Notes: generated by a model not told the origin, from the sequence alone. 63,945 nucleotides of DNA, filler included, from Pseudomonadota bacterium (GCA_043825735.1; 9 parts of 9 records of this genome joined end to end with filler, not necessarily neighbours in it); one strand, 5' to 3'. Shown: positions 19,128 through 28,931, counted from the whole stretch's first letter. Numbers and translations are program-made.

Positions 19128-20122
19128 TGGGTGTCGCTTCCACTATTGATGGGGTGCCAGCAGGCGTAGCGATGGCCGGATCCGTTGTCATCTCCCATCG
19201 GGGGGGCGGTTTCGTGACAGCGCCGGTCTGCGCGCTGGCAGCGCGGTGCAAATCCGCACCCGGCCGGCGGCGCGATCAGGTCCGGCGGCATGCCGTCGAT
19301 GGCATTGAGATGGGCGTGCGGCGGATCGGTGAGGCGCGGGATGGCGCTCAGCAGCGCATGGGTATAGGGCATCCGTGTTTCTCTAAACAGCAGCGGGGTC
19401 GGCGCCATTTCCACCAGCTTTCCCGCGTACATCACTGCGGTGTCGTGGGCACGGCCGGCCACGACGCCCAGATTATGGGAGATGAGGATCATGGTCATGT
19501 TTTTTTCTGCCTGAAGCCGCGAGAGCAGATCGAGGATGTCGGCCTGCACGGTGACATCCAGGGCGGTGGTGGGCTCGTCGGCGATGATGAGCTCGGGCCG
19601 GCAGGCCAGGGCGATGGCGATGGCCACCCGCTGGCGAAGGCCGCCGGAGAGCTGGTGCGGGTACTGGTCGAAGCGACGCCGGGGCATGTTGATGCCGACT
19701 TCGGTCATAAGCGCCATGGCCCGCACGTGTGCGTCCTTTTTCGAGGCCCTCAGGTGATGGATGATGCCTTCGGTGATTTGACCGCCGACGGTCATGACAG
19801 GGTTGAGGGATGTCATGGGGTCCTGGAACACCATCGCGATGTCCTTGCCGATGATGGGCCTGGGGGCGTTTGGCGCGCGCCGTTGCAGGGGGCGCCCCTC
19901 GAACCGGATCACGCAATCGTCGGATATGACGGCGCCCTTGGGCAGGAGCCCCATGATGGCGCGTCCGAGCATGCTCTTGCCGCAGCCCGACTCGCCCACG
20001 ATCGCCAGGGTTTTTCCCGGCATCACGGAGAAGGATACCCCGCTCACGGCATGGACGAGACCGCGATCGGTGGGCAGGCTGGCGCTGAGGTTTTCAACGT
20101 CAAGCAGCGGGGCGGGTGTCAT
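19124..20122 (-). CDS. Peptide/nickel ABC transporter ATP-binding subunit (OppD/DppD-like)
   Basis: GESGCGKS, YPHQLSGG, DEPTTALD, GCGFAPRC. Confidence 0.92.
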   Translation of the reverse strand: MTPAPLLDVENLSASLPTDRGLVHAVSGVSFSVMPGKTLAIVGESGCGKSMLGRAIMGLLPKGAVISDDCVIRFEGRPLQRRAPNAPRPIIGKDIAMVFQDPMTSLNPVMTVGGQITEGIIHHLRASKKDAHVRAMALMTEVGINMPRRRFDQYPHQLSGGLRQRVAIAIALACRPELIIADEPTTALDVTVQADILDLLSRLQAEKNMTMILISHNLGVVAGRAHDTAVMYAGKLVEMAPTPLLFRETRMPYTHALLSAIPRLTDPPHAHLNAIDGMPPDLIAPPAGCGFAPRCQRADRRCHETAPPMGDDNGSGHRYACWHPINSGSDTQ

Positions 20123-21057
20123 AACTGACCTTTTTGCCGCTCGATGGTGCTGCGGATGCTGTCGCCAATGAGGTTGAATGACAACACGGTGAGAAACAGG
20201 ACCGCGGCGGGAACGCCGCTCACGTGGGGCGCCGCGTCCAGGATCTCTTTTCCCTCTGCGATCATGCCCCCCCAACTGGGCGTAGGGGCGGGCACTCCCA
20301 AGCCCAAAAAGCTCAGCGCGCCTTCCGCCATGATCAAAAACGCTGCCACCATGAGACCGTAGCCCGCTACCGGAATGGTCACGTTGGGAATGATTTCCCG
20401 GCACAGGATAGACAGGTTGCCGGCACCGCTGAGCCGCGCGGCGGCCACAAATTCACGCTCCGCCAGAGCCAGGGCGGCGGCGCGGGCAACGCGGCAGAAG
20501 GCCGGCAGGGTCAAAAATCCCAGTGCCAGGATCAACTTGCCAAGGCTTGCCCCCAGGTAAAACGACACCACCACCAGCAGCACGAGCCCCGGGAAGGCGA
20601 GAATCACATCCATTGCGGTGACGATGACCGATTCCAGGCGGCCGCGATAAAAGCCGGCGATGCATCCGAGAAGACCGCCGGCCACAAGACCGATGAGCGG
20701 TGCCAGCAGCCCTACCGACAGGGACACCCGGGCGCCGTAGACAATGCGGGAGAGGTTGTCACGGCCCATGGTGTCCGTGCCCAGCCAGTGGACATAGCTG
20801 CCGGCGCTTTCTGCCTCCTGAAGCACCACGCGGCCGCCCGCAGTGCCGGGCGGGGCGGCAAAATGGCGCCAGTTCATGTGATCGGGGGCCGGCATGGGCC
20901 ACCACCCGGCCGTGGCGGCCGATACCAGGACGACCAGAATCCAGCCCAGCGGTATCCAGAACGCCGGCGTCAGGCGCCCTGTGATGCGGCCGCTGGGAAG
21001 GGCCGTTAGCGGGCCAGCTGCCGGGCCGTTACCGGGGAGATGGGGCTGTGAGGCCAT
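20119..21057 (-). CDS. Peptide/nickel ABC permease (OppC/DppC-like)
   Basis: HWLGTDTMGRD, EAA loop, LSFLGLG..PTPSWG. Confidence 0.92.
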   Translation of the reverse strand: MASQPHLPGNGPAAGPLTALPSGRITGRLTPAFWIPLGWILVVLVSAATAGWWPMPAPDHMNWRHFAAPPGTAGGRVVLQEAESAGSYVHWLGTDTMGRDNLSRIVYGARVSLSVGLLAPLIGLVAGGLLGCIAGFYRGRLESVIVTAMDVILAFPGLVLLVVVSFYLGASLGKLILALGFLTLPAFCRVARAAALALAEREFVAAARLSGAGNLSILCREIIPNVTIPVAGYGLMVAAFLIMAEGALSFLGLGVPAPTPSWGGMIAEGKEILDAAPHVSGVPAAVLFLTVLSFNLIGDSIRSTIERQKGQL

Positions 21058-22015
21058 GGGCCTGTCCTGTCCTGATCCGCGGGTCGATGAGGGGGTATGC
21101 CATATCGATGACGGCGTTGATGGTCACGTATCCCGCTGAAATGAGCAGCACGCAGCCTTGAACCATCAAATAGTCACGGGTGCTAATCGCCTGCAGCAGC
21201 AGTCGCCCGACGCCGGGCAGTGCAAAAATGGTTTCAACGATGACCGCTTCCCCAAGGAGTCGGCCGACCTGGAGGCCGCAAATGGTCACCATGGTGAACG
21301 ACGAGGGCCTGAAGGCATGATGCAGCAGCACTTTCCAGGGCGGCAGGCCCTTTGCCCGGGCCATGAGGATATAATTTTGCTGCAGGGTGGTGATCATGTC
21401 GCTGCGAAGGACCCGCATCAGCACCACCCACTCGATCAGCGCGATGCTCAGCGCAGGCAGCAGCAGCGCGGTGAGGTTCGCCCCCAGTCCTTCGGACAGG
21501 GGCGCGTATCCCGTTGCCGGCAGCCACCGAAGGTGGATGGAGAACACCGTGACAAACAGCAGCGCCATGACGAAGCTGGGGATGGACAGGGTGGCAAAGC
21601 CGGCCGCGTTGATCAGGCGGTCCAGTGCGGTGCCGTTTCGATAGGCGGCGATCATGCCGGCGGGCAGCGCCATTGCGAGCGCCAGTATCTGGGACAGGAT
21701 CAGCAGTTCGATGGTGACCGGCAGGCGGGCGCAGATCGCCTCAAGGACCGGCTGGCCGGTAAGATAGGATTTACCCAGGTTGCCGCCAAGGACGCTGCCC
21801 AGCCACGAGATGTAGCGCTCCGGGAGGCTGCGGTCGAGACCCAGGTCGGCGCGGATGGCCGCGATGTCTTCCGCCGAGGCGTCGGCGCCGCCGATGACAT
21901 GGGCGACATCGCCGGGCAGGACGTTGAGCAGCAGAAATGTCAGGGCGGACACCGACAACAGGACGACCACCAGTCGGGCCAGCTTTTTGAAGAGCCACTG
22001 TGTGGGCATAACCAT
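21029..22015 (-). CDS. Peptide/nickel ABC permease (OppB/DppB-like)
   Basis: LPGD, LGLDR, ARAKGL, VETIFALPGVG. Confidence 0.92.
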   Translation of the reverse strand: MVMPTQWLFKKLARLVVVLLSVSALTFLLLNVLPGDVAHVIGGADASAEDIAAIRADLGLDRSLPERYISWLGSVLGGNLGKSYLTGQPVLEAICARLPVTIELLILSQILALAMALPAGMIAAYRNGTALDRLINAAGFATLSIPSFVMALLFVTVFSIHLRWLPATGYAPLSEGLGANLTALLLPALSIALIEWVVLMRVLRSDMITTLQQNYILMARAKGLPPWKVLLHHAFRPSSFTMVTICGLQVGRLLGEAVIVETIFALPGVGRLLLQAISTRDYLMVQGCVLLISAGYVTINAVIDMAYPLIDPRIRTGQAHGLTAPSPR

Positions 22016-22017
22016 TT

Positions 22018-22163
22018 TAGAACCTATCTCAAAAAATGGATTTTTGGTTCAGATCAAGGCGAAGGCAAGCATCAACCCGCAGGAATACTGGTGTATTTTG
22101 AGGACTTGATGCGCGGCTTCAACGCCGATATGGGGCAAAAAGACTTTTTTGAGATAGGTTCTA
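22018..22163. mobile_element. 146-bp MITE with 19-bp terminal inverted repeats
   Basis: TAGAACCTATCTCAAAAAA...TTTTTTGAGATAGGTTCTA; internal sequence related to the reverse complement of 44487-44634; similar TIR at ~25856. Confidence 0.8.
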
Positions 22164-22229
22164 ATAAATTCGTTGCTCTATGAAGCGCCAGTGCGGTCTC
22201 GACGGCAATGCTAACGGCCGCGTCCCAAT

Positions 22230-22712
22230 TCAGGCAAAGCGAATCATCAGTTTGTCGTCTTGACGGTGGATCGGATATGACGTCAGCGCCTTGGCGGTGG
22301 GGCCATCCCCGATCACTTTCCCATCCAGAGAGAACTCGGCATGATTGATGCTGATGCATCTGAATCTTTTCTTCTCGGGCTGATACTCGACTTCAAAACC
22401 ATTGTGGGTGCAGCTGATCGACAATGCCGTAAAATGATCGTCACCGGTATTGGCGATGATCAGCGAATCAGTTAATTGGGGATCGATGATTTTATATGCC
22501 TTACCCTCATTGAGAAGATCCGGTATGTTCCGGGTGTCGATGATGATCTCGGTTTTCTTGCCAGATTTTTGGATCCCATATGCTGCCGGTTGGATTTCGG
22601 GGGTATTGCCATACAGGCTCAGTGGCAGGCAACCCGTCAGTCCGCAAAGGCACGCTCCGGCTGCGGCAGTGGTGGTGGTCACAATAAAATCTCTTCGCGT
22701 CACTTTTTCCAT
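22230..22712 (-). CDS. Tat-exported Rieske [2Fe-2S] domain protein
   Basis: TRRDFI Tat motif, SISCTHNG box 1, atypical box 2 (CISINH), DGKVIGDGPT..L. Confidence 0.75.
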   Translation of the reverse strand: MEKVTRRDFIVTTTTAAAGACLCGLTGCLPLSLYGNTPEIQPAAYGIQKSGKKTEIIIDTRNIPDLLNEGKAYKIIDPQLTDSLIIANTGDDHFTALSISCTHNGFEVEYQPEKKRFRCISINHAEFSLDGKVIGDGPTAKALTSYPIHRQDDKLMIRFA

Positions 22713-22746
22713 GTCGTTTACCTCGCGCCTGCAATCAGCTTTGACC

Positions 22747-24054
22747 CTATAAATGACGCACCGGCCTGATGGCGATATCACCGGCCTGGTTTTCCAAGGC
22801 ATCGTGACCAGCGCGCCGGAGGGCTTCAACGGCGCCGTCAAGATAGCCTTCTTCGATCATCTGCTTCCAGATCGCCGCCATTTTTGCCATGAGTTCGCTG
22901 ACCGGCGGCATTTCTTCGGGAAATGATAGATACCCGTGGTTTTCGCGGCGGCACACCTCGTGGCGGGCCAGCAGGGCGTCCACCCGATGGTCAAAATCAG
23001 GCCAGAAGGACCGGTCCGCGCGGATGGCGCCATTCAGGGTGGCCAGCAGCATCGCCTCGGGGTCGTTGTCGTGGATGGTGAACCATGGCATGACACCGAA
23101 GGGGCGAAGGTTTTCCAGGCTGAAAGCGAACTCTTTCGGTTTCAGTCCCTCGGGCCCCTTTTCGTGGACTGCGTAGCGGGAGTAAATGCCGGGGCCGTTG
23201 GTCCCGGTGATAAGAATGCCGCCATCGCGCAGATGCGCACCGATCCGCTCCTGAAGGCGGCCGCGCGCATCGCCGGCGACATAGACCAAAACGTTCATGC
23301 ACCGGATCACGTCCACCGGAGGCAGATCCAGTCCCTCGATCTCCGATTCGGAAAAGGTGAGATTGTCGGTTTCAAAGTCCCTGATGTGGTCGCGGACAAG
23401 CCGGCATCCATTTTTAGTGACCGTCTCGCTGGCAGCATCGCCGGGTTCAGAAAGCAGCGGGCGAAGATCGTCAAAGAGCGCCTGAAAGTGCTTTCGCGCA
23501 GCCGCCGGATGCTGATACATGGCACGCCCGCCGTGGGTCATCATGGCCTGGTAGTATTGGAAGCCACCGCCAGCGTCGAAACAGGCATAGTGCCCTTCGC
23601 TGTCGGTGACCACATAGCGGGCGAACGAGCGGTCAACGCCCATGACGCGCCAGGTGGGAAAGCGTTTGGCGGTGTCTGCCGTGGTGACCGGCGGAAAGCC
23701 GCACCCCAGATCCACGAACAGGCGCGGCGCATCGCCGGGCAAGTTCTCGCCGGCCACGTATGCGTCCAGCTTTCGGTGGCGGTCCTGATGCGTGATGGGT
23801 GGAATGCGGCCGCCCCAGGCGCAGGGCAGCATGTTGGGAACCATGGTGGCCAGCACCTGCACGAGAATCGTGTTGAACTCGGTAGTGGGGTAGGCGGCCC
23901 GTTTCATCAGGGTCAGCATGCGCCGGATAAAGTCCCGGGCATCCGGCGGCAGCTCCGGCAGCGGGACTGCGGCGGCCAGGTGTTCGGGAAGCGCCGTTCC
24001 CAGAAATTCCGCCACCAGTTGGCCAAACGGCGGCGGTGTCGCCTGCGGCGTCAT
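22747..24054 (-). CDS. Class I SAM-dependent methyltransferase-like protein
   Basis: VDLGCG motif I, DVIRCMNVLVY, LRDGGILI; ATGA-coupled to the substrate-binding protein gene. Confidence 0.7.
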   Translation of the reverse strand: MTPQATPPPFGQLVAEFLGTALPEHLAAAVPLPELPPDARDFIRRMLTLMKRAAYPTTEFNTILVQVLATMVPNMLPCAWGGRIPPITHQDRHRKLDAYVAGENLPGDAPRLFVDLGCGFPPVTTADTAKRFPTWRVMGVDRSFARYVVTDSEGHYACFDAGGGFQYYQAMMTHGGRAMYQHPAAARKHFQALFDDLRPLLSEPGDAASETVTKNGCRLVRDHIRDFETDNLTFSESEIEGLDLPPVDVIRCMNVLVYVAGDARGRLQERIGAHLRDGGILITGTNGPGIYSRYAVHEKGPEGLKPKEFAFSLENLRPFGVMPWFTIHDNDPEAMLLATLNGAIRADRSFWPDFDHRVDALLARHEVCRRENHGYLSFPEEMPPVSELMAKMAAIWKQMIEEGYLDGAVEALRRAGHDALENQAGDIAIRPVRHL

Positions 24055-25622
24055 TGTTTGATCCAGGCGTCGGTCAACCGTACGCCTTCTTCGCCCAGTA
24101 CAGGCAGGGCGACCCCCCCCTGCACGGTGTTTCGAATAATCATATAATAGGTGCGCCCGAACAGGTACAGAAAGGGGGCGTCTGCGTTGACCTTGCGGGC
24201 AACGGTGCACAGGGCTTCGGCCCGCTCACGGAGATCGGTGCTCGATTGCTGTTTTTCGAGCAGCGCGTCCACCGCTTCGTTGCTGTAGCGGGACATGTTC
24301 CAGGGACTTTTGGAATTCAGCCACGCCTCGGTCATGGGGCCCATGTCGTAGCCGCCGCGGACGACCCAGGAGGAGATATCGAATTGTTTGCTGAACATCC
24401 GTTTCACGATGCCGGAAAAATCGGCCGGGACCGGCGTCACGGTTACGCCGATGTCCTTCATCATCTGCTGCAGGATGATCCCGGCTTCGCGTCCCCGGTT
24501 GGTGGCGCTGTGGAGGTATTCCAGGGTGACGGGCTGTCCGTATTCGGCAAGGAGGGCTCTGGCCTTGTCCGGATCGGGCGCGAGGTATCCGACATCGCCG
24601 CAGTCCACGGCGTCTCCGTACCAGTCCTCCACATAGGGGACGATGTCCTTGAAGCTGGCGGCGATGTATTTCTTCTGATCCCACCCGTGAGCCAGCGCGC
24701 GGCGAACCCGGACATCGTCCAAGGGGGGCTTGGTGGTGTTGAAGACCAGGACGACGGCGCCCCGGAATTTGAGCGGGTGGCAGGTGAAATTCTTGTTTTC
24801 ACGCAGTTTGATCACATGCGCCGGGCGATCGGTGACCATGACGTCCACCTGTCCGGAAACTAAGGCGGCATACCGGGACTCGTGGTCGGTGATGATACGC
24901 AGCTCCACGGCATCGAGATACGGACGGCCCTTTTGCCAGTAGTCGGGGTTTTTGGTCACCGTTATTTGGTCCCCGGGCTTCCATTCCTTGAAAATGAACG
25001 GTCCGGTTCCCACCGGGTGACGGTTCTGGGTGTCGTTTGCCACGGCGGTGGGCGATGGTATCAACGAGGTGAAGCTGGCCGGGTCGGTCAGCACGCCGGT
25101 AAACGGCAGCCATGCGTGGGCCAGCACAAAACGCACCGTATGATCGTCGACTTTTTCCACGGCCGTGATGGGTGTGAGCAGGATCCGCTCCGAGAATCGG
25201 TTTTTGGGGTCCAGGAGGCGTCGCCAGTGCGCCACCACGGCATCGGCGGTAAGCGGGGTGCCGTCATGAAAAAACACCCCGCGACGCAGGGCGATGGTCC
25301 ACACCGTGCCGTCGGTGGATGCTGTGGCGGACAGGCCCAGCACCGGAATCAGCGTGTCGTCTTCACCGCGTTCGAACAGCTTTTCCATGACCAGCATTGC
25401 CGTCGCGCGCCCGGCGCTATAAAGCATCCGCGTTTTGATGGCGTCAAATCCCATGGCCCTGATTTCAAAGGCCGAGCGCAGAGCGCCGCCGTATTGGGGC
25501 GCTCCGCAGGCCGCAGGGGTGACTGCGGTGGTTGCCGCCACGGCGATCAATGTGCCAATCAGAAATCGGCCGGCAACGGATCTCATCATTGTCTCGAATT
25601 TTTGTAAACGCCTGAATCTCAT
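24051..25622 (-). CDS. ABC transporter substrate-binding protein, family 5
   Basis: LRRGVFFHDGTPLTADAV, PVGTGPF, KNPDYW, DVRVRRAL. Confidence 0.92.
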   Translation of the reverse strand: MRFRRLQKFETMMRSVAGRFLIGTLIAVAATTAVTPAACGAPQYGGALRSAFEIRAMGFDAIKTRMLYSAGRATAMLVMEKLFERGEDDTLIPVLGLSATASTDGTVWTIALRRGVFFHDGTPLTADAVVAHWRRLLDPKNRFSERILLTPITAVEKVDDHTVRFVLAHAWLPFTGVLTDPASFTSLIPSPTAVANDTQNRHPVGTGPFIFKEWKPGDQITVTKNPDYWQKGRPYLDAVELRIITDHESRYAALVSGQVDVMVTDRPAHVIKLRENKNFTCHPLKFRGAVVLVFNTTKPPLDDVRVRRALAHGWDQKKYIAASFKDIVPYVEDWYGDAVDCGDVGYLAPDPDKARALLAEYGQPVTLEYLHSATNRGREAGIILQQMMKDIGVTVTPVPADFSGIVKRMFSKQFDISSWVVRGGYDMGPMTEAWLNSKSPWNMSRYSNEAVDALLEKQQSSTDLRERAEALCTVARKVNADAPFLYLFGRTYYMIIRNTVQGGVALPVLGEEGVRLTDAWIKQ

Positions 25623-25797
25623 GGCTGTCTCCAGGGAGGGGGTTTTCGGATGCGTGCTCGATGCTGACCGGTATCACCCATATGGGCATTTTGTCAAGTA
25701 CAAATGAGCATTCCGGTCAGGCGATACCACTGCCGGCCGACCGCGATGATGCCAACGGTCTCGCCAGACGGTTTGCTGCCCTCTCAAGAGCCATGAA

Positions 25798-26047
25798 GAT
25801 TGATAGCCCCGTAAAAAGTTCGAAATCACCACAGAGGAAGCAGAGATAACTTATTAGAAGCTATCTCAAAAAAATCTTTTTCGCTTATCCAGAAAGCTCA
25901 AGCCACAACCGGATGCCAATGCAATCAAAAAAACCATATCACTCGAAGTTCACGGAGCACGCGGGGTTTTTTCAACCCAAAAAGACGATATCTCGCGCAG
26001 AGGCGCGGAGACGCAGAGAACTGCAGGAAATTGAATTGTGCGAGTGA
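25798..26047. repeat. Composite palindromic repeat region at a contig end
   Basis: Segments related to 54190-54207, to the 22018 TIR, and (reverse complement) to ~47925-48030 and 49612-49705. Confidence 0.7.
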
Positions 26048-26189
26048 NNNNNNNNNNNNNNNNNNNNNNNNNNNNNNNNNNNNNNNNNNNNTTAATTAAT
26101 TAANNNNNNNNNNNNNNNNNNNNNNNNNNNNNNNNNNNNNNNNNNNNGCCTTTTTTGTTTATATCCATGCCATCCGAAGGAGGTCGTGG

Positions 26190-26468
26190 ATGGTGACCGT
26201 GTATGTTTTAAGAGGTGAAACCGGAAAACGCTACGTTGGCATCACCAATGACTTAAACAGACGCTTGAGTGAACACCTCAAAGGGCACTCGAAGGGAAGC
26301 CAGGTGATCGGCAAGTTTCATCTTTTGCATACCGAGACTTTCGAGGACTACAAAGACGCTCGAACAAGAGAAAAATTTCTAAAATCAGGGCAAGGGCGCA
26401 AATGGTTAGACGAATTTGAGACAAAGTCGGAACCCGCCACAAATCCGGCGGGTAAAGCCAGCTTCTAA
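26190..26468 (+). CDS. Small GIY-YIG nuclease family protein
   Basis: VYVL...YVGITNDLNRRLSEH, AREKFLKSGQGR-type motif; AAGGAGG RBS. Confidence 0.9.
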   Translation: MVTVYVLRGETGKRYVGITNDLNRRLSEHLKGHSKGSQVIGKFHLLHTETFEDYKDARTREKFLKSGQGRKWLDEFETKSEPATNPAGKASF

Positions 26469-26492
26469 GGAAGCTTGTGCGCCTCCGGCGCA

Positions 26493-26539
26493 TTCAAATC
26501 TTCCGCCACAAACCCGGCGGATAAATCTCGCCCCGACCA
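26493..26539 (+). pseudogene. tRNA(Pro-like) 3'-end remnant interrupted by a hairpin
   Basis: TTCAAATCT[TCCGCCACAAACCCGGCGGATAAA]TCTCGCCCCGACCA gives a T-loop, acceptor strand and CCA. Confidence 0.5.
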
Positions 26540-26635
26540 AAAAAAGCTAGAAATACGGCGGGTTAGCAATCATGCTTCCCGCCGTTTTTCGTTGGTGATC
26601 GTTGTCGATTCTGTGGGTGCGTCGACAGGGAAGTT

Positions 26636-27125
26636 GACAAGGATGGCATCTGTGCGGCCGAGTGCCCCAGAGGGATTATAAGCCAGGAAGCTGACAAAAG
26701 TTTTCCTCAGGTTGCAGCGGCCGATGAAGCCAACTACCTGACCTGTGGACACTGCGTTGCCGTCTGCCCCCACGGCGCCTTGAGTGTGGCCGGGGTGGCC
26801 ATTGAAGACTGTCCGAAGATCGAAAAAGACCTGGACCTGTCCTGGGCTCAGGCCGAGCAGTTTCTGCGCTCCCAAGGCAAACGCCAACGGCCTGGTGGAC
26901 GTGAGCATCGCCTTGTCTTATCTGGAATTGGCCGCCCTGCCTCTGGGTGTGGGTACCTGCTGGGCCGGACTGCTCCGGGCGGCGATGCTGGCCACGCCCG
27001 AGCTGGTGGCATCCATGGGCCTGCCCGAAGGGCACACCTGGTTTTACCCGATGATGATCGGGTATCCCAAGTTCAAGTATCACCGGTTGCCGGAGAGGAA
27101 CGCTCCGGTGATTCACTGGAAGTAG
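26636..27125 (+). pseudogene. 4Fe-4S/nitroreductase family pseudogene with internal deletion and frameshift
   Basis: KDGICAAECP...TCGHCVAVCPHGAL...EQFLRS jumps to another frame reading LELAALPLGVGTCWAG...MMIGYP...RLPER; no start codon. Confidence 0.75.
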
Positions 27126-27474
27126 ATTAAAACTGCCTATTGAAGGTACCCACCTGACGGCCGGAGCCGCCAGGGGCGGGTAAAGCCCCCTGGCGGAGTT
27201 CTTTGCCGCACCGGTGGAATCCCTGTTCAACAGCCACGGCTTACACGACTTAGGAACACAGAAAATATGGTTTTCCGGACCCTGTAAAAGGCCGGGATCC
27301 CAAAAAGGCTCCCGGCCCTTCAGGCACAACGGTTTCGGTTCGGCGGTCTCCCCGAACCGAAACCAGGGCTCCCCTGCGCGCCCCAACTCTCTGCAGTGAG
27401 GAATGCCTTTGTCTTTCGAAGTTGCAGTTGCTTTTTCCGTCATCTTCCCTCTCCCGCATACCATGCACCGCCCT

Positions 27475-27494
27475 TTGACTACGTACGTAGTCAA
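27475..27494. promoter_or_regulatory. Perfect 20-bp palindrome, putative operator
   Basis: TTGACTACGTACGTAGTCAA. Confidence 0.45.
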
Positions 27495-27520
27495 CCTCCT
27501 GTTTTTAATTCAACTTTCTA

Positions 27521-27549
27521 TTGACGCGCATAGCCTAAGAGCGCATAAT
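27521..27549 (+). promoter_or_regulatory. Sigma70-like promoter
   Basis: TTGACG-17 nt-CATAAT. Confidence 0.45.
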
Positions 27550-27747
27550 TCCAATGTTTTTAGCCTTTGCAGAATTTTGTTGAAAGCGGACTTTCGAACT
27601 CGCTCACGAGGCCCAGTACACGGTGTTGCGGCCACCGGCCGCCTTTTTGACCATCTGCGTTATCTGCGTAATCCGCGGTTAATTTGAAGTTGTTTTTGCC
27701 GCTACAGTCGGCCGAAGGTCGTCCATCCGCGCCAAAATAGCAGTATT

Positions 27748-27768
27748 GTTTGTCACGATCTGACAAAC
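27748..27768. promoter_or_regulatory. 8-5-8 inverted repeat, candidate WYL-regulator operator
   Basis: GTTTGTCA-CGATC-TGACAAAC, 45 nt upstream of the DUF6569-like start. Confidence 0.5.
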
Positions 27769-27812
27769 CCCTGTGGTAGCCTCCACGAAAAGTCATCACA
27801 TAGGAGGCGCAC

Positions 27813-27977
27813 ATGGAACACATCACCAACTTTCTGGACAGCTGCCGATTGGGCAAAAAGCAGGTCTCCGGCAGACTCACCGTCTTTCCGCTCTTGGGGG
27901 TGCGAAAAGACGACCCGTTTTATCTGACACTCGAGAAGGCCTTTACAGCTCAGACCCTCGAAGTGACGGAAACATGA
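27813..27977 (+). pseudogene. N-terminal fragment of a DUF6569/ARPP-1-like protein
   Basis: AGGAGG RBS; MEHITNFLDSCRLGKKQVSGRLTVFPLL...YLTLEKAF...LEVTE, then an abrupt stop. Confidence 0.55.
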
Positions 27978-28393
27978 TCAAGGTCACTGACGATCGATTC
28001 CAAATTCCTGATAATTTCGACTTCGGCACTTACACCCGCGGCAGCTTCAAGGTGATGAAGGACGATCTTTACACCGTGCGCATCCGTATCAGCCCGGCTT
28101 GGGCCCGCTGGGTGGAAGAGCGCACTTGGCACGAGAGCCAGCGCATTCAAAAACAATTCGACGGCGGCATTGAGATCATCTTTCGCGTCGCCAGTCTGGA
28201 CGAAATCAGGCAGTGGGTGCTGAGCCTGGGGCCGGAGGCAGTGGTGGTGGAGCCGTGGGAGCTTCATGAGTCGGTCTGCGACAGCCACCGGGAGACGCTG
28301 GCCGGTTATGGAACCGAAGAAATCAGCGTCCGTGAACCGGTTCGTGAATTGACCGTCATGGATGAGCATTCCCGATACGGAGACCGGCGATGA
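27974..28393 (+). pseudogene. C-terminal (WCX) part of a WYL-domain transcriptional regulator
   Basis: FQIPDNFDF...WVEERTWHESQ...LDEIRQWVLSLGPEAVVVEPWEL; HTH and most of the WYL domain are missing. Confidence 0.8.
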
Positions 28394-28427
28394 GCGTATT
28401 CCCCGTGGAGCGAAAAGAGTTGGTACG

Positions 28428-28880
28428 ATGAGAACGCTTTGCATTGTCCCCTGTGGAAAAACCAAGATTTGGGACAAATATCCCAAGGCCGGCCCTACTA
28501 TGGCAAAGCATGTATACACCGGCCCTTTTGCCAAAAAATGCAGGGGATACGCAGAGCTTTTTTACCCAGATTCCTGGTATATCCTCTCGGCTAAATACGG
28601 GTTCCTGAAACCTGGAGATATCATACCCGGCCCTTACAATGTCAGCTTCAACAGCAAAAAGACCCATCCTATCGATATCCAAACGCTAAAGAAACAGGCC
28701 GGAAGAAGAAAGCTCAATCGGTTTTCAAATGTGGTGGTTCTCGGTGGTCGAAACTATGTGGCGATAGCCAGGGAAGTGTTTTCAACCAAGCCGATCCATG
28801 CACCGTTGACAGGCTCCGGTGGCATTGGAAATATGATGAAAAGACTCAATGAACTGATTGCCCAAGGTGTCTCTGGTTGA
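28428..28880 (+). CDS. DUF6884-like protein
   Basis: LCIVPCGKTKIW, VYTGPF, WYILSAKYGF..P...I..PYN motifs. Confidence 0.7.
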   Translation: MRTLCIVPCGKTKIWDKYPKAGPTMAKHVYTGPFAKKCRGYAELFYPDSWYILSAKYGFLKPGDIIPGPYNVSFNSKKTHPIDIQTLKKQAGRRKLNRFSNVVVLGGRNYVAIAREVFSTKPIHAPLTGSGGIGNMMKRLNELIAQGVSG

Positions 28881-28931
28881 AATCCATGTAATATTTCGAC
28901 TTTAAACGCAGAAGCCTGGCGGAGTGACTCA

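Noticed and set aside
26493..26539. Functional tRNA gene
   Set aside because: Only a T-loop and acceptor 3' strand are present, interrupted by an insert; no D or anticodon arm
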